Origin: Malacoraja senta
Taxonomy: Eukaryota
DNA length: 47,260 nt
Reading direction: 5' to 3'
Assembly (NCBI GenBank): GCA_038087875.1
Contig: JAXLNO010000277.1
Span: 1-47,260, forward strand
Shown here: positions 22,695 to 33,470 of the stretch, piece by piece
How positions within the stretch are numbered: the stretch's first letter is position 1
Layout of the letters: the number at the start of each line of letters is the position of its first letter
The notes under the pieces: generated by a model
What the model was told of the DNA's origin: nothing
The model's input: only the letters and a program-made list of their open reading frames with translations
Databases searched by the model: none
Made by a program: the position numbers and the translations under genes

Positions 22695-23533
22695 TAATAA
22701 TAATTATAATAATAATAATAAATACTTTATTAATCCCCTTTTCAGGGGAAATTCAGATGTCCTTGCAGCACACTAGTAAAAATACAACATAACATAAAGA
22801 GGAAATTTAACATTAAAACATAAAAACATCCCCCCACAATGGTTCCCACTGTGGGGGAAGGCACATAGTCCAGTCCCCATCCTCTTGTCCACCCATGGTT
22901 AGGCCTATTGATGCCTCCACAGTCGCCGCTACGGCGTCCCGATGTTCCAGGCCCTCTCGCCGGGTGATGGTGCTCCGACGTCGGGAGAACACTCTCAGCG
23001 GCTTGGGATGCCTGGAACGGCCGCTTCCTTACCGGAGGCCGCAGCTTCCGAAGCCAACAGGCCACGCTGGATGGAGCTCCACCACTGTCGATCTCAGCGA
23101 AAGATCCCTGGCTCCCGAAGTAGAGTTCAACGCCGCCGCCCACGGCTGGACGCTCCACAGACCGCAGCTCCGCGATGTTGAATAGGCAAATCCCAGAGCG
23201 GCAACCGGGGCAAGGCATCGCCCGCTCCGCGATAGCGCTCCAGCGCTGTGCTGCCGCCGAAGCTGAGGTTCTGGCCAGGTCCCCCTCAGGAAATGCCGCT
23301 CCAAGCCCCGCTGGTAGGCCGCGAGGACGGGTCGAAGGTGCTGCTCGGAGGAAAGCAGCCTCTCCGACCAGGTAGGGACTTGAAAAGCAGTTTCCCCCTC
23401 CCCCCCACCCCCACACAAAAAAAGATTAGACCCCCAACTAACACACTTTTAACGTACTAAAAATAAAATAAAAGAAGTGAGAAAAAAAATGGACAGCTGC
23501 AGGGCAGGCAGCCATACAGGATGGCGCCCCCCT
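22695..23533 (-). mobile_element. GC-rich non-coding retroposed element, copy C, (TTA)n tail
   Basis: Same conserved motifs as copies A, B and D. Confidence 0.7.
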
Positions 23534-24470
23534 AACCAATCAAGTTAAGTCAATCCATTTCATGTCAAGTCAATCCATTTCAAGTCAATCCATTTCAAGT
23601 CAAGTTAAGTCAATCCATTTCAAGAAGTCAAGTCAACCCATTTCATGTCAAGTCAATCCATTTCAATTCAAATCAATCCATTTCAAGTGAAGTCAATCCA
23701 TTTCAAGTTAAGTCACGTCAATCCATTTCAAGTAAAGTCAAGTCAATCCATTTCAAGTCAGGTCAAGTCAAGTCAATCCATTTGAAGTGAAATCAATCCA
23801 TTGTAAGTCAAGTCAATCCATTTCAAGTCAAGTCAAGTCAAGTCAATCCATTTCAAGTCAAGCCAATCAATTTCAAATCAAGTCAATCCATTTCAAGTCA
23901 AGTCAAATCAATCCATTTTAAGTGAAGTCAACCCATTTTAAGTCAAGTCAATCCATTTAATGTCAAGTCAAGTCAAGTCAATCCATTTCAAGTCAATCCA
24001 TTTCAAGTCAAGTCAATCCATTTCAAGTCAAGTTGATTCATTTCAAGTCAATCCATTTCAAGTCAAGTCAGGTCAATCTATTTCAAGTCAAGTCAAGTCA
24101 AGTCAATCCATTTCAATTCAATTCAAGTCAAGTCAAGTCAAGTCAATCCATTTCAAGGCAAGTCAATCCATTTCAAGTCAATCCATTTCAAGTCAATCCA
24201 TTTCAAGTCAAGTCAAGTCAATCCATTTCAAGTCAAGGCAAGTCAATCCATTTCAAGTCAAGTCAATTCATTTCAAGTCAAGTCAAGTCAATCCATTTCA
24301 AGTCGTCAATCCATTTCAAGTGAAGTCAATCCATTTCAAGTCAATCCATTTCATTTCAAGTCAACTCAATCCATTTCAAGTCAAGTCAACTCAATCCATT
24401 TCAAGTCAAGTCAATCCAATTCAAGTCAAGTCTAGTCAATGCATTTCAAGTCATCAATCCATTTCAAGTC

Positions 24471-24668
24471 ACACACACACACACCCTCCACCTCACACAC
24501 TCACACACACAACCTCCACCTCACACACACCGTCCACCCCAAACAGACTTACTCTCACTCTCTCTCACACACACAGACACAGCCTCACACATACACACTC
24601 ACACACACACACACTCACACACAGACTGACACACACCACACACAGTGTCACACACCATATATATATAT
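24471..24668. repeat. CA-rich low-complexity tract
   Basis: Direct sequence. Confidence 0.9.
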
Positions 24669-24839
24669 GATGGTAAACTTACTTGAATCTACTCGCATGG
24701 CTGAGCGCGGCCGCTCCACTGTGGGGCTTCCGCACGGCACTTCCGCAATAAGTGTGATCTCTGCACTTAGCGGAACTTACGCAATCAGCATGACCTGTCC
24801 ACTTAGCCTAACTTACAGAAAGAGCGGAAACTTTGGATT

Positions 24840-25127
24840 AAACACATTGGGGGCTGAGAAACCATTTATTCCTTGCAAAGATAGTGGAGGCTGAGAAACC
24901 ATTTATTCCTTGCAAACACAATGGGGACTGAGAAACCATTTATTCCTTTCAAACACAGTGGGGGCTGAGAAATCATGTATTCCTCGCAAACACAGTGGGG
25001 GCTGAGAAACCATGTCTTCCTTGCAAACACAGTGGGGGCTGAGAAACTTTATTCCTTGCAAACACAGTGGGGGCTGAGAAACCATTTATTCCTTGCAAAC
25101 ACAGTGGGGGCTGAGAAACCATTTATT
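24840..25127. repeat. Minisatellite, 37-bp unit, ~8 copies
   Basis: CCTTGCAAACACAGTGGGGGCTGAGAAACCATTTATT. Confidence 0.92.
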
Positions 25128-25446
25128 GCAAGGGCATTAAGAGCTAACCAATCATCATTTATTGCAACCACATTGCGGGGTAACAAAGCATTTATTGCAA
25201 GCATATTAAGGGTTAACCAATCATCATTTATTGCTACCACATTGCGGGGTAGGAAAGCATTTATTGCAAGCACATAAAGGGTTAACCAATCATCATTTAT
25301 TGCAAGCACATTGCGGGGTAACAAAGCAATTATTGCAAGCACATAAAGGGTTAACCAATCATCATTTATTGCAACCATATTGCGGGGTAACAAAGCATTT
25401 ATTGCAAGCACATAACCAATCAACAAAACATTTATTGCAAGCACAT
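25120..25446. repeat. Minisatellite, 69-bp dimeric unit, ~4.5 copies
   Basis: Alternating CATTTATTGCAA-headed subunits (…GTTAACCAATCAT / …TTGCGGGGTAACAAAG). Confidence 0.9.
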
Positions 25447-25831
25447 AGATGACTCACATTTCAGTAGACTCACAGTTCAGTTGACTCACAGCAGAATCAC
25501 AGTTGTGGCTCTCCCATCACGATCTTCCAGAGTGACTGACTCACGTCCAGGCATCCGGTGTTTTATACTCCTGCCCCACCCCCCGGAAGGGGCGTTATCT
25601 TCATCATAGTGATTGACAGGCGAGAGGACCAAAGCTGATCTCAAGATTTTTTCAACATTCATAACTTTTTTTATTTTTCAGCGATCGGAAAAATCCTTGC
25701 GGTTGCAGCTGCGGAGGAGGACTGTGAGTAAGATGGCCAAAAATCATACCGATATAGGGTAGCGTTTTTTCTAAAATCAATTAACATCATAGACAGGAAG
25801 TGGTCAAGATGAGACTTTTAGTTATATAGAT

Positions 25832-25963
25832 GTGTCATTCCTAACTGTCACTGTATGTCATGTCGTCACTTGTGGGCAGAGCACCAAGACAAATTCCTTG
25901 TATGTGAATACTTGGCCAATACACTTATTCATTCATTCATTCATTCATTCATTCATTCATTCA
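25832..25963 (+). mobile_element. LINE 3' tail fragment with (ATTC)n
   Basis: AAATTCCTTGTATGTG...ACTTGGCCAATA followed by (ATTC)n, typical of Rex1/L2 ends. Confidence 0.6.
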
Positions 25964-26395
25964 ATGTTGAAAACAAATCCCCAGGTTTCTTGCACTTCCA
26001 TCTAAAACTTGCCAGGAACATTGGGGACTCTGGCAGGAGCAGTGCATTATGCTTGCTGATTAGCAGCTATGTCTTCTGCAGATGACCGTCCTTCCATAAC
26101 ATTGGAAATGTACACTCAAAGTCACTCTAAATTGTACCATTAGTTGTGAGAAAACATGGTACTTCGTTCAACTCTTGCACAACTGATGACAGCACTTTGG
26201 CCAGATTAGAGCAGAATTTTACCATAGTCCTGCCTCTGTTTTCCAGATGGAAGAATCCATGTATAAAGATGCATGAATAAGATTTACGGTAGATGAAGTA
26301 CAGAGAGCAAAACAAAGATAGTTGTATATAGAAAGGAATAACGTGAAAGAAAGACTTTGAGAAAAAAGGAAAATAAACATTTCTTACAACAATTA

Positions 26396-26499
26396 TCTAT
26401 ACTATTACTAAAACTCTCATCTTGACTACTTCTGGTCTGTGTTGTAATTAAATTTGCTCAAAACGATTCCCCATAGCGCTATGATTTTTCACCACCTTA
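26396..26499 (+). mobile_element. Helitron 5' end, interrupted by DIRS and resuming at 31691-~31800
   Basis: A|TCTATACTATTACTAAAACTCTCATCTTG. Confidence 0.7.
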
Positions 26500-27525
26500 A
26501 TAGTAAGATTAAACGAGAACATACCAGTTTGAAGTTTGATCTTTATTTTATGAGGAGTTACGTGAGTGATTACGTGAAGAAGACCTGTCAGGGCGTATGC
26601 GCGTCAATCTTCAAAACAGCGGTATGAAATCACAGACAACACCATAATTGAAGTAACATATTAAGATGATCAACATGAGAACTACCATTATGACCTTTTT
26701 TCTATGAGAGAGGGTTGGGCGTGGCGGGCACGTAATCACCAACGTAACTCCTCATAAAATAAAGATCAAACTTCAAACTGGTAAATTCTCGTTTAATCTT
26801 ACTATTTTACTTCGGAGTCACGTGAGTGACTACGTGAAGATTTTAAAGCTCTGTAATTTTTATGCCGCCGATCAAAATCCCGGCATTTCACTGCATCGAT
26901 TGACTCTGAGTATCATCAATAATGCTGTAAACATGACATTGCATATCATGCAAAAACAAAACAGTTTTATTTTGGGTCATAAAACAACCAATAAACCCTC
27001 TTAATGTAGGAGCAACAAACGAAACAGAATTAAACAATAGCAACAGCACAATATTGAGTTGGCAAACAGCCCTCCATCGGCAATCGGCCGATGGTTGTAT
27101 TGCTGAAACACAAGTTCATTTTTCCAACCTGCGGCTTTTAATATATGGTCGATGGGAACGTCCATCACCCTGACCGCGGATGTTGCTACTGCGCTAGTGG
27201 AATGAGATGTAAACACATAAATGTTAATTCCTGCCTGAACCAACTCTTGCTTTAACCACGTTGAGATAGTCTGAACTGCCACTCTTTTATGTTGGCTTCT
27301 TGTAACTGACAAATAATCATGTTTTTCTTGTCTTAAAGCCCTTGTGGCTTCAATGTAATGTAAGAAATGTGTCCTTACATATAAACATGGAGCTGTAGGA
27401 TATGCTGAGAACACAAACTTAAATCCTGTCACACCTGGCCTGCTTTGTTTGAGCAGGTCAGAAATATAAAACAGAACATTCTCTGTAGTCACTTCCATTC
27501 TCTCGAACTGAAGTTTTTGCTTTTA

Positions 27526-27655
27526 TCTATACTATTACTAAAACTCTCATCTTGACTACTTCTGGTCTGTGTTGTAATTAAATTTGCTCAAAACAATTCC
27601 CCATAGCGCTATGATTTTTCACCACCTTAATAGTAAAATTAAATGAGAACTTACC
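27526..27655 (+). repeat. 130-bp copy of 26396-26525 (Helitron 5' tip + DIRS end) inside the DIRS YR gene
   Basis: Near-identical sequence at an offset of 1130 bp. Confidence 0.9.
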
Positions 27656-27715
27656 CTCATCATAATAAAGATGAGCTAAGACCCTCATCATAATAAAGTG
27701 TAGATAAAACTCTAA

Positions 27716-28297
27716 AGGCTCTGTCTTACCTGTTTGCGGTCATCGGCGGTGAAGCACGGCGTCGCCGGTAGCGAGGACTGCGCGGCAACGGCGAGAGCGT
27801 CGAGCCTATCCACTGGAGCGCCGCACGGATGCTGCGCGGGGGCCGAGTTAATTCAAACACGGCGGGTGCCACGTGCTTGCGGTAAGTAAAAAAGGGCGGG
27901 TCGACTGCGTGACTCACCAGCGGCGGCTGTGGCGGCGGCCATCCTGATCGCGGCGCTGTAGCGGTGGCTGTGCCTGCGGCCGTGCAGCACACGGGCGTCA
28001 CTGGCGGCGGCACGTGCCTCACTGGCGGAGGCTGTGGCAGTGGAGGTTTGACGCACGGCGCTCGAGCCACACTGGCGGCGGCCCGTGCGAGCGGCCGTGC
28101 CGCACTTGTGCTTCACTGGTGGAGGTTGTGCGGTGAGTATGTGGTTTTCAACATTGTCGATATTATTTTAGCACCGCGCGGTGTTGGGAACACCACCGCA
28201 CGGCCCGGGAATTGTACTTTCTCACGAGTGCGCGGTCTATGGCGGCAGATTCTTCCCGTTTCGCCGCCAATGACTGCAGACTCGTGAGACAGGCCTT
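27716..28297. mobile_element. PIF/Harbinger-type MITE
   Basis: Imperfect ~38-bp TIRs (AGGCTCTGTCTTAC...GGCGGTGAA / TTCGCCGCC...GAGACAGGCCTT); TAA TSD at 27713-27715 and 28298-28300; the empty site is visible in DIRS copy 2 (~37845-37865). Confidence 0.8.
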
Positions 28298-31200
28298 TAA
28301 CACATTTTCAATAACTACAGTATCATATTGAATATTCTTTTGAACACAATATTGTTCCCATTTTTTTACATGTCATATACTGCTTTTGAGTACTCTTTCT
28401 CCAGCCTGCAGTGAGTATATCCACCGTTGGCCTAGAAAGTCCTCGACCAATGTAAGGCATTCTTAAAAACCTGCAAATTAACAATCAATACGATCACATG
28501 ACGGATGAACTTAACGCGTTACTGGATGCTCCAGCAAATTCCTACCGTTTGGAATCAGCAAAAGGAGGTTGGATCGCTATCTGTAACATCAAAGGGAACC
28601 ATGGTGGAATTGGGCAATTTGGTATCACCAAAACCCCTGAAGCGGCATTCTGCTTGTTTTTCTCAAACACCGACCTATGAGGCAGAATGGTGGGAAAATG
28701 TACACAAACATATCATCCCAATTTAGTGAAAAAGCATCAATTGCCACTGCCCCTGGATCTGGTGCTCATGAAACATATTTTGGCCTTGCATATAGAAGTA
28801 CTATGTTCTTGAACACATCCTGGTTCCACATCCACTCTGTATTATGACGGAATTTTCCTGAGCTGCCATCTGGTACTACATTAAGTTTCCCTGGCAGATA
28901 GATAGCTCCAATCCAAATATCTCTATCCATACTCCAGCTCCAATTTTATTTGCCAACCTGTCACATGATAATGATTTGATTCCACCCATGTGATTCATAT
29001 CAGCAACTGCTGTAGTGTTGTCTATTTTGCACTGCACATGCAAACTAGTTTAGTTAGTGCCATAAGCCTTGAGTCCATAAAATACAATTGGTTAATTCCC
29101 CATGTTTGCAGAAGCAATGTCCATCTGTCTCCACAGCTGGATCTTGTATCAGTAGCACCCTACCCAAGTGCTCTGACATCTGTCTGCAAAATCATGGAAG
29201 CTTGGTCCAATAACACTTTGGAACTACTAGTGGACACATGCTGAATCCACCATTGTACATCAGCAACAGCCTCTATTGATAGAAGCATAGGTCTATTATA
29301 ATGACCCCAATGTATCCTCAGTGCTTGTTCCTTTGACCTTTGTAATTGTAGATAATGAAGTGGCCACTATTGAACTGCTGGAAATGCTGCCAGCAATTTC
29401 CCCAGCAGACTCGTCACCTGGCTAATTGAAGGCTGTGTGTCAGCAATTAACTTGATACAGCTCTTAATTAGCTCTACCCTTTTTTGCCTGGGCAAGGTCA
29501 CAATCATGCTGATTAAGTCTATCGTGAACCCAACTAGTCAATTTGTGTCACAGGTATTAATTAAGATTACTCTGGATAACTTATGAAGCCCAATTTTTTA
29601 AAAGTGTTTTTTACCAACTGCCACTGCTTCAGCTGTTTCCTTTGATTGTCCTACAATCAAGATATTATCTAGCTGAGCCATGAGCACGTGCCCTTGACTT
29701 CTCATCATGCCTAGAATAGGTTTTAACAACTTTGTAATTACTCTAGGAGCTGAAGACAAAATATTAGGCAGTGCATTGTATTGCCATAATTGCCCCATCC
29801 AGCTGAATTTTAAATCTGCTATCCTGCAAATGAAGAGACACTGAATCCGGATCTTTAAGATCTCCTCAAACGTTTCCATCTTAAAATGTCTATACCGCAC
29901 AAAAAGGTTTAAGACTATTCAGGTCCAGTATAATTCTGCATCCCTCATCCTTTTTTGGTCTGGGAAAGATATTGGACACAAACTGATGGCTTTGGTAAAC
30001 TGCGTTAGCAATTACACCTTTATTACATAAGGTTGCAAGTTCCACCTGAACTTCCAATCGTTCAGTGATACTGAAGTCAACTCCTTTTTGGAACATGTTT
30101 GCATGGGTAAATCAGAATTTGCATTAAGCTTTATTCGATACCCTTCAATAACCTTCAGTATAAACATATCTGAGGTAAACATTTAAATGTATCACATTAG
30201 ATCTGTCTACATGAGAACCAGACCCACTTACGTCCTTACCACCTAGCATTCTTCCCCGGCCTCGAGCTGGATATCTCACCTTCCCTGGCGCTGCTACAGC
30301 CGAACGCCAACAGCGCTGCATCGTAGCTGGACTCGTCCCTTGCCCGGACCAGTCTCCTCGCTTATAGGGATACTCTTTGGTGGATATGTGGCTGCTGGCT
30401 GCTTAATCAAGCCCACCGTCTTGGCCTCCTCCTCCAGCTCCTTCACCTGCTTTGTGAAATCCTTGCCAAACAGTAGATTTGCCGGTTGCACTGTGCCAGG
30501 CTGGCCGAGTGAAGCATATTTAGGGTTGATGGTTGGTCTAAACGTAGTCTTGCGGAGGCAGTTGCTCTCAAAGTGGGCACTCCACAATAGCGCCACACCT
30601 TTTGTTGTTCCATCCACCATCCTGGCAAAGCTCGTTATGCCAGATGCCAGCAACTTTAAAAATATGCTGGAGCTTCACCTCCTCCTGGGCTCTCATTTGT
30701 ATGCCCATCTTGCCCCAATTCTTCCTGTTCCCAACAGGAACTTTTAACAGGCCACAGTTGATTGGGGCTTCATGCTTCCTTAATGTCTCATCCATTGTCA
30801 GCTCCTGTGGCTGATGTGAGACTTGGTAATTTATGCTGGTGGAAAGTTCCTCACCCAGAGGCTCTCCAGCGTCTGATGACATGGCAAACTGTGCTGCACA
30901 CGGTGTCAGCTCTGGCCGCTGCATGCCCTCTCTTTGGAAGTCGTCGTCGGACTCAGGGTGAGAGCGTATCTGCCCTTCTGCACTCACCTCTTGCAAAGAG
31001 GGTGCTTTCAAGCAGGCCTCTACTAGGCACTGCCGGCGGAGCCTTCCCGACGGCCTCGCGCCCACACAACACCTCCTGGAGTGTGGCTTTGTGAAGTAGA
31101 CCTCTCCTAGGCACTGCCGGCAGAGCCGTCACCACAGCCTCCCGCCTACACAACTCCTGGAGTGTGGCTTGGTGGAGCAGCCCCTGTATGCGCTGCTCCT

Positions 31201-33289
31201 TTTGGATAACCGCTGGGTCACGGTATCCTGTCCCCTACGGGACTCTCCTGGCCCGACGCTGCGGAGTCAATGGCCCTGACAGACTTTGCGTATGCCTACC
31301 GCCCGACTGGCGTTGGCTGTGTACCCGGCTGGGCATTTGGGAGTGCCAAGTCTGTCGCCGCACCGCTACCGGCTTGCGACTCCCCAGAGGTGACAGGCTG
31401 CCTTTCAGAGACTGCATCCCGCAGCTCGCTCTCTCCTTGTCCGTAGCATGCCTGCACCTTGATGATTTTTTACTTGTTCCTGCCTTGTTGGGAAAAAATA
31501 CAGCAACAAACTTCTACTTTTTTCTAACACCTCCAAAGTCTCCCTGACTTTGGTGGAGCTGTAACTACTCACCTGCAGGAGGAGCTCCGTCCTCCTGCTG
31601 CCGTTTGCGCCAATGCGTCAGACATAATAACGCGCATGCGCCCTGACGGGTCTTCTTCACGTAGTCACTCACGTGACTCCGAAGTAAAATCACCATTCTC
31701 CTCTGCTGCAAGTCAAATGAGTTTCGTTCCGATCGGTGACATAGTACAAAAGTTATGAAGTTTTAAAATTCATAAAAACCGCCCCTTCCGGAACCCGCTG
31801 TCAATAAAGCGGCGAAGAGAATAAAAAGCTGAAGGGGCGGTGTGTGTTAAGCAGCCCGTGGGGAGTGCGCTGCCCGCAGGGAGTGAGCAGCCTGTGGACT
31901 GCTTCTGCGGCGACCAGCTCGATCAGCTGCTGAGTTGAACCGGAATCCTCTGAGTGAAGCCTGAGTGGGACCGGGATCTGCTACGTGAGGCCGAAAGCTG
32001 AAGGGGCGGGGTGAGCAGAGTCCGAGCTGCGTCTGCTGCGACCACCCCCCATCCCCACACTGGAAGTCTGAGACAAACATAAAAAATGTTGGAAAATCTC
32101 AAGTCAGGGAGAGAAGAGTCAAAGACCTGGTTGAATGTTTTAAACATTTCCTATAGAAAATAACTTGCTGCTAAACACTCACACAACATCTGTAGAGTAA
32201 CCAAGTGAAGTAGCATATCTTTCTTCCTTCCTCAATATTCAATTCAATCCATCTGTGGATTACATAGAGCTTCTGTGAAAATTTGTTTCTAGACCATCAA
32301 TCAGCAAAAATTGTGTTTTCAGCTGAAGAGGTAAATGTTGTGAGGAATGACCCGTGGGCTTGCCAATGAGGCACTCAGATTGATTTATAGGCACAGCAGC
32401 AGTTAAAGGGTTTTGTTGGCTTGCAAACTCCAACATTTGTTCAAGGGAGAGCAAACTATAGGTCTACGCAACAGAATTTTTTTTTTTTTAAAGGGCAATG
32501 AACTATGATGAGCTACTAAAGGAGATTACACATAAAAATTAAGGAGGGCTGGAGAGTATGTTGTGAAAGACCACTCTTGCCTAAGAATTCCTGATTCAAA
32601 ATTCTACTTGATGAAACATTGGGTCTGGGCCCAGGAGGAAGAATCGTGCATGGGTAGGGCTGATATGTAAAGTTAAGTACAAATATGATCACAAAGTTAG
32701 ATGTGAATAGGCTGCTTTTTGGGCACTGCAGGTGGTGGCCCACTGTTGTTTCTGATTAGCCACCACCATGTCCTGTGAGAGTGTGTCATTGAGTGTCTAG
32801 TTAATGTGCCTGTCAAACATTACCTGCTCACAGTGTAGCCAGCTGAGAGCTATGCGCATGAGGCCTACATCAGTGTGTGAATATGAGTTGAAGTGCAAGC
32901 GTAATGGCTGTTGTGCACAGAGCAGTGCCTGGAGCTGGTGGCATTTGGAAAGGTCCTGCTGATAGATCATCTTTTGTCAGAGATCACTGACATTCTTGTA
33001 GCACTTCATCTATCTTGTTGGGGCTACATCCCTGACATTCAACCTCATTGCTATCTCCCACTGCCTATTTGAAAAGGTCTTTTAAAACTTTGTTGAAATC
33101 TGAAAACCTCCAGTGCAGCATCCAAAATTCTTAGCTTTCTCAAACATCACTTATTTCCAGGGAAGAGTTATTTCCAGCTCTTCTACCTGTGGTCGCTTGA
33201 ATCATAATGCATCCCCATTTGAGAGCTGGCTTTAATTGGTGGCAGCAAGCTTTAGATACATGGGGCTCTGCCAATTTGAGCATTCAGTG

Positions 33290-33470
33290 ATCCCAAAGAT
33301 GTAAGGGTTAGTAGGTTAATTGGCCTCTGCAAAATTGTTCCCAATGTATAGGCAATGGATGAGAAAGTGGGATAACATAGAACTAGTATGATTGGTTGAT
33401 TAGATGCTCGGCATGCACTCGGTGGGCCGAAGAGCCTGTTTCCATGCTGAAACTCTAAATTAAACTAAAC
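33290..33470 (+). mobile_element. V-SINE 3' half
   Basis: CCCAAAGATG...GTAGGTTAATTGGC...GGGCCGAAGAGCCTGTTTCC...(TAAAC)n. Confidence 0.75.

Larger units (their letters stand above)
22026..24470. repeat. (CAAGT)n / CAATCCATTT satellite, interrupted by Penelope and copy C
   Basis: Blocks at ~22026-22120, 22597-22692 and 23538-24470. Confidence 0.95.
21884..25830 (-). mobile_element. Non-autonomous Helitron (~3.9 kb) loaded with satellites and inserts
   Basis: 5' A|TCTATATAACTAAAAGTCTCATCTTG at 25830; 3' GGGAC...GTCCC hairpin, then ACTTAGT-CTAG at 21884-21887. Confidence 0.7.
26500..31690 (-). mobile_element. DIRS1-type tyrosine-recombinase retrotransposon, copy 1 (both termini present, ORFs decayed)
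   Basis: ITR blocks at 26500-26605 and 31631-31690; ICR at ~26728-26842; gag-like, RT (FPRPKKD, RIILDL, LPN.LSSAPR), RNase H, methyltransferase-like and YR (HST...ILKAAGW) segments. Confidence 0.92.

Noticed and set aside
23960..24670. 236-aa Ser/Gln/Lys-rich ORF
   Set aside because: Translation of the CAAGT satellite and CA tract
27001..27498. Phage integrase / prophage or bacterial contamination
   Set aside because: It is the tyrosine recombinase of a DIRS element, embedded among vertebrate-type repeats
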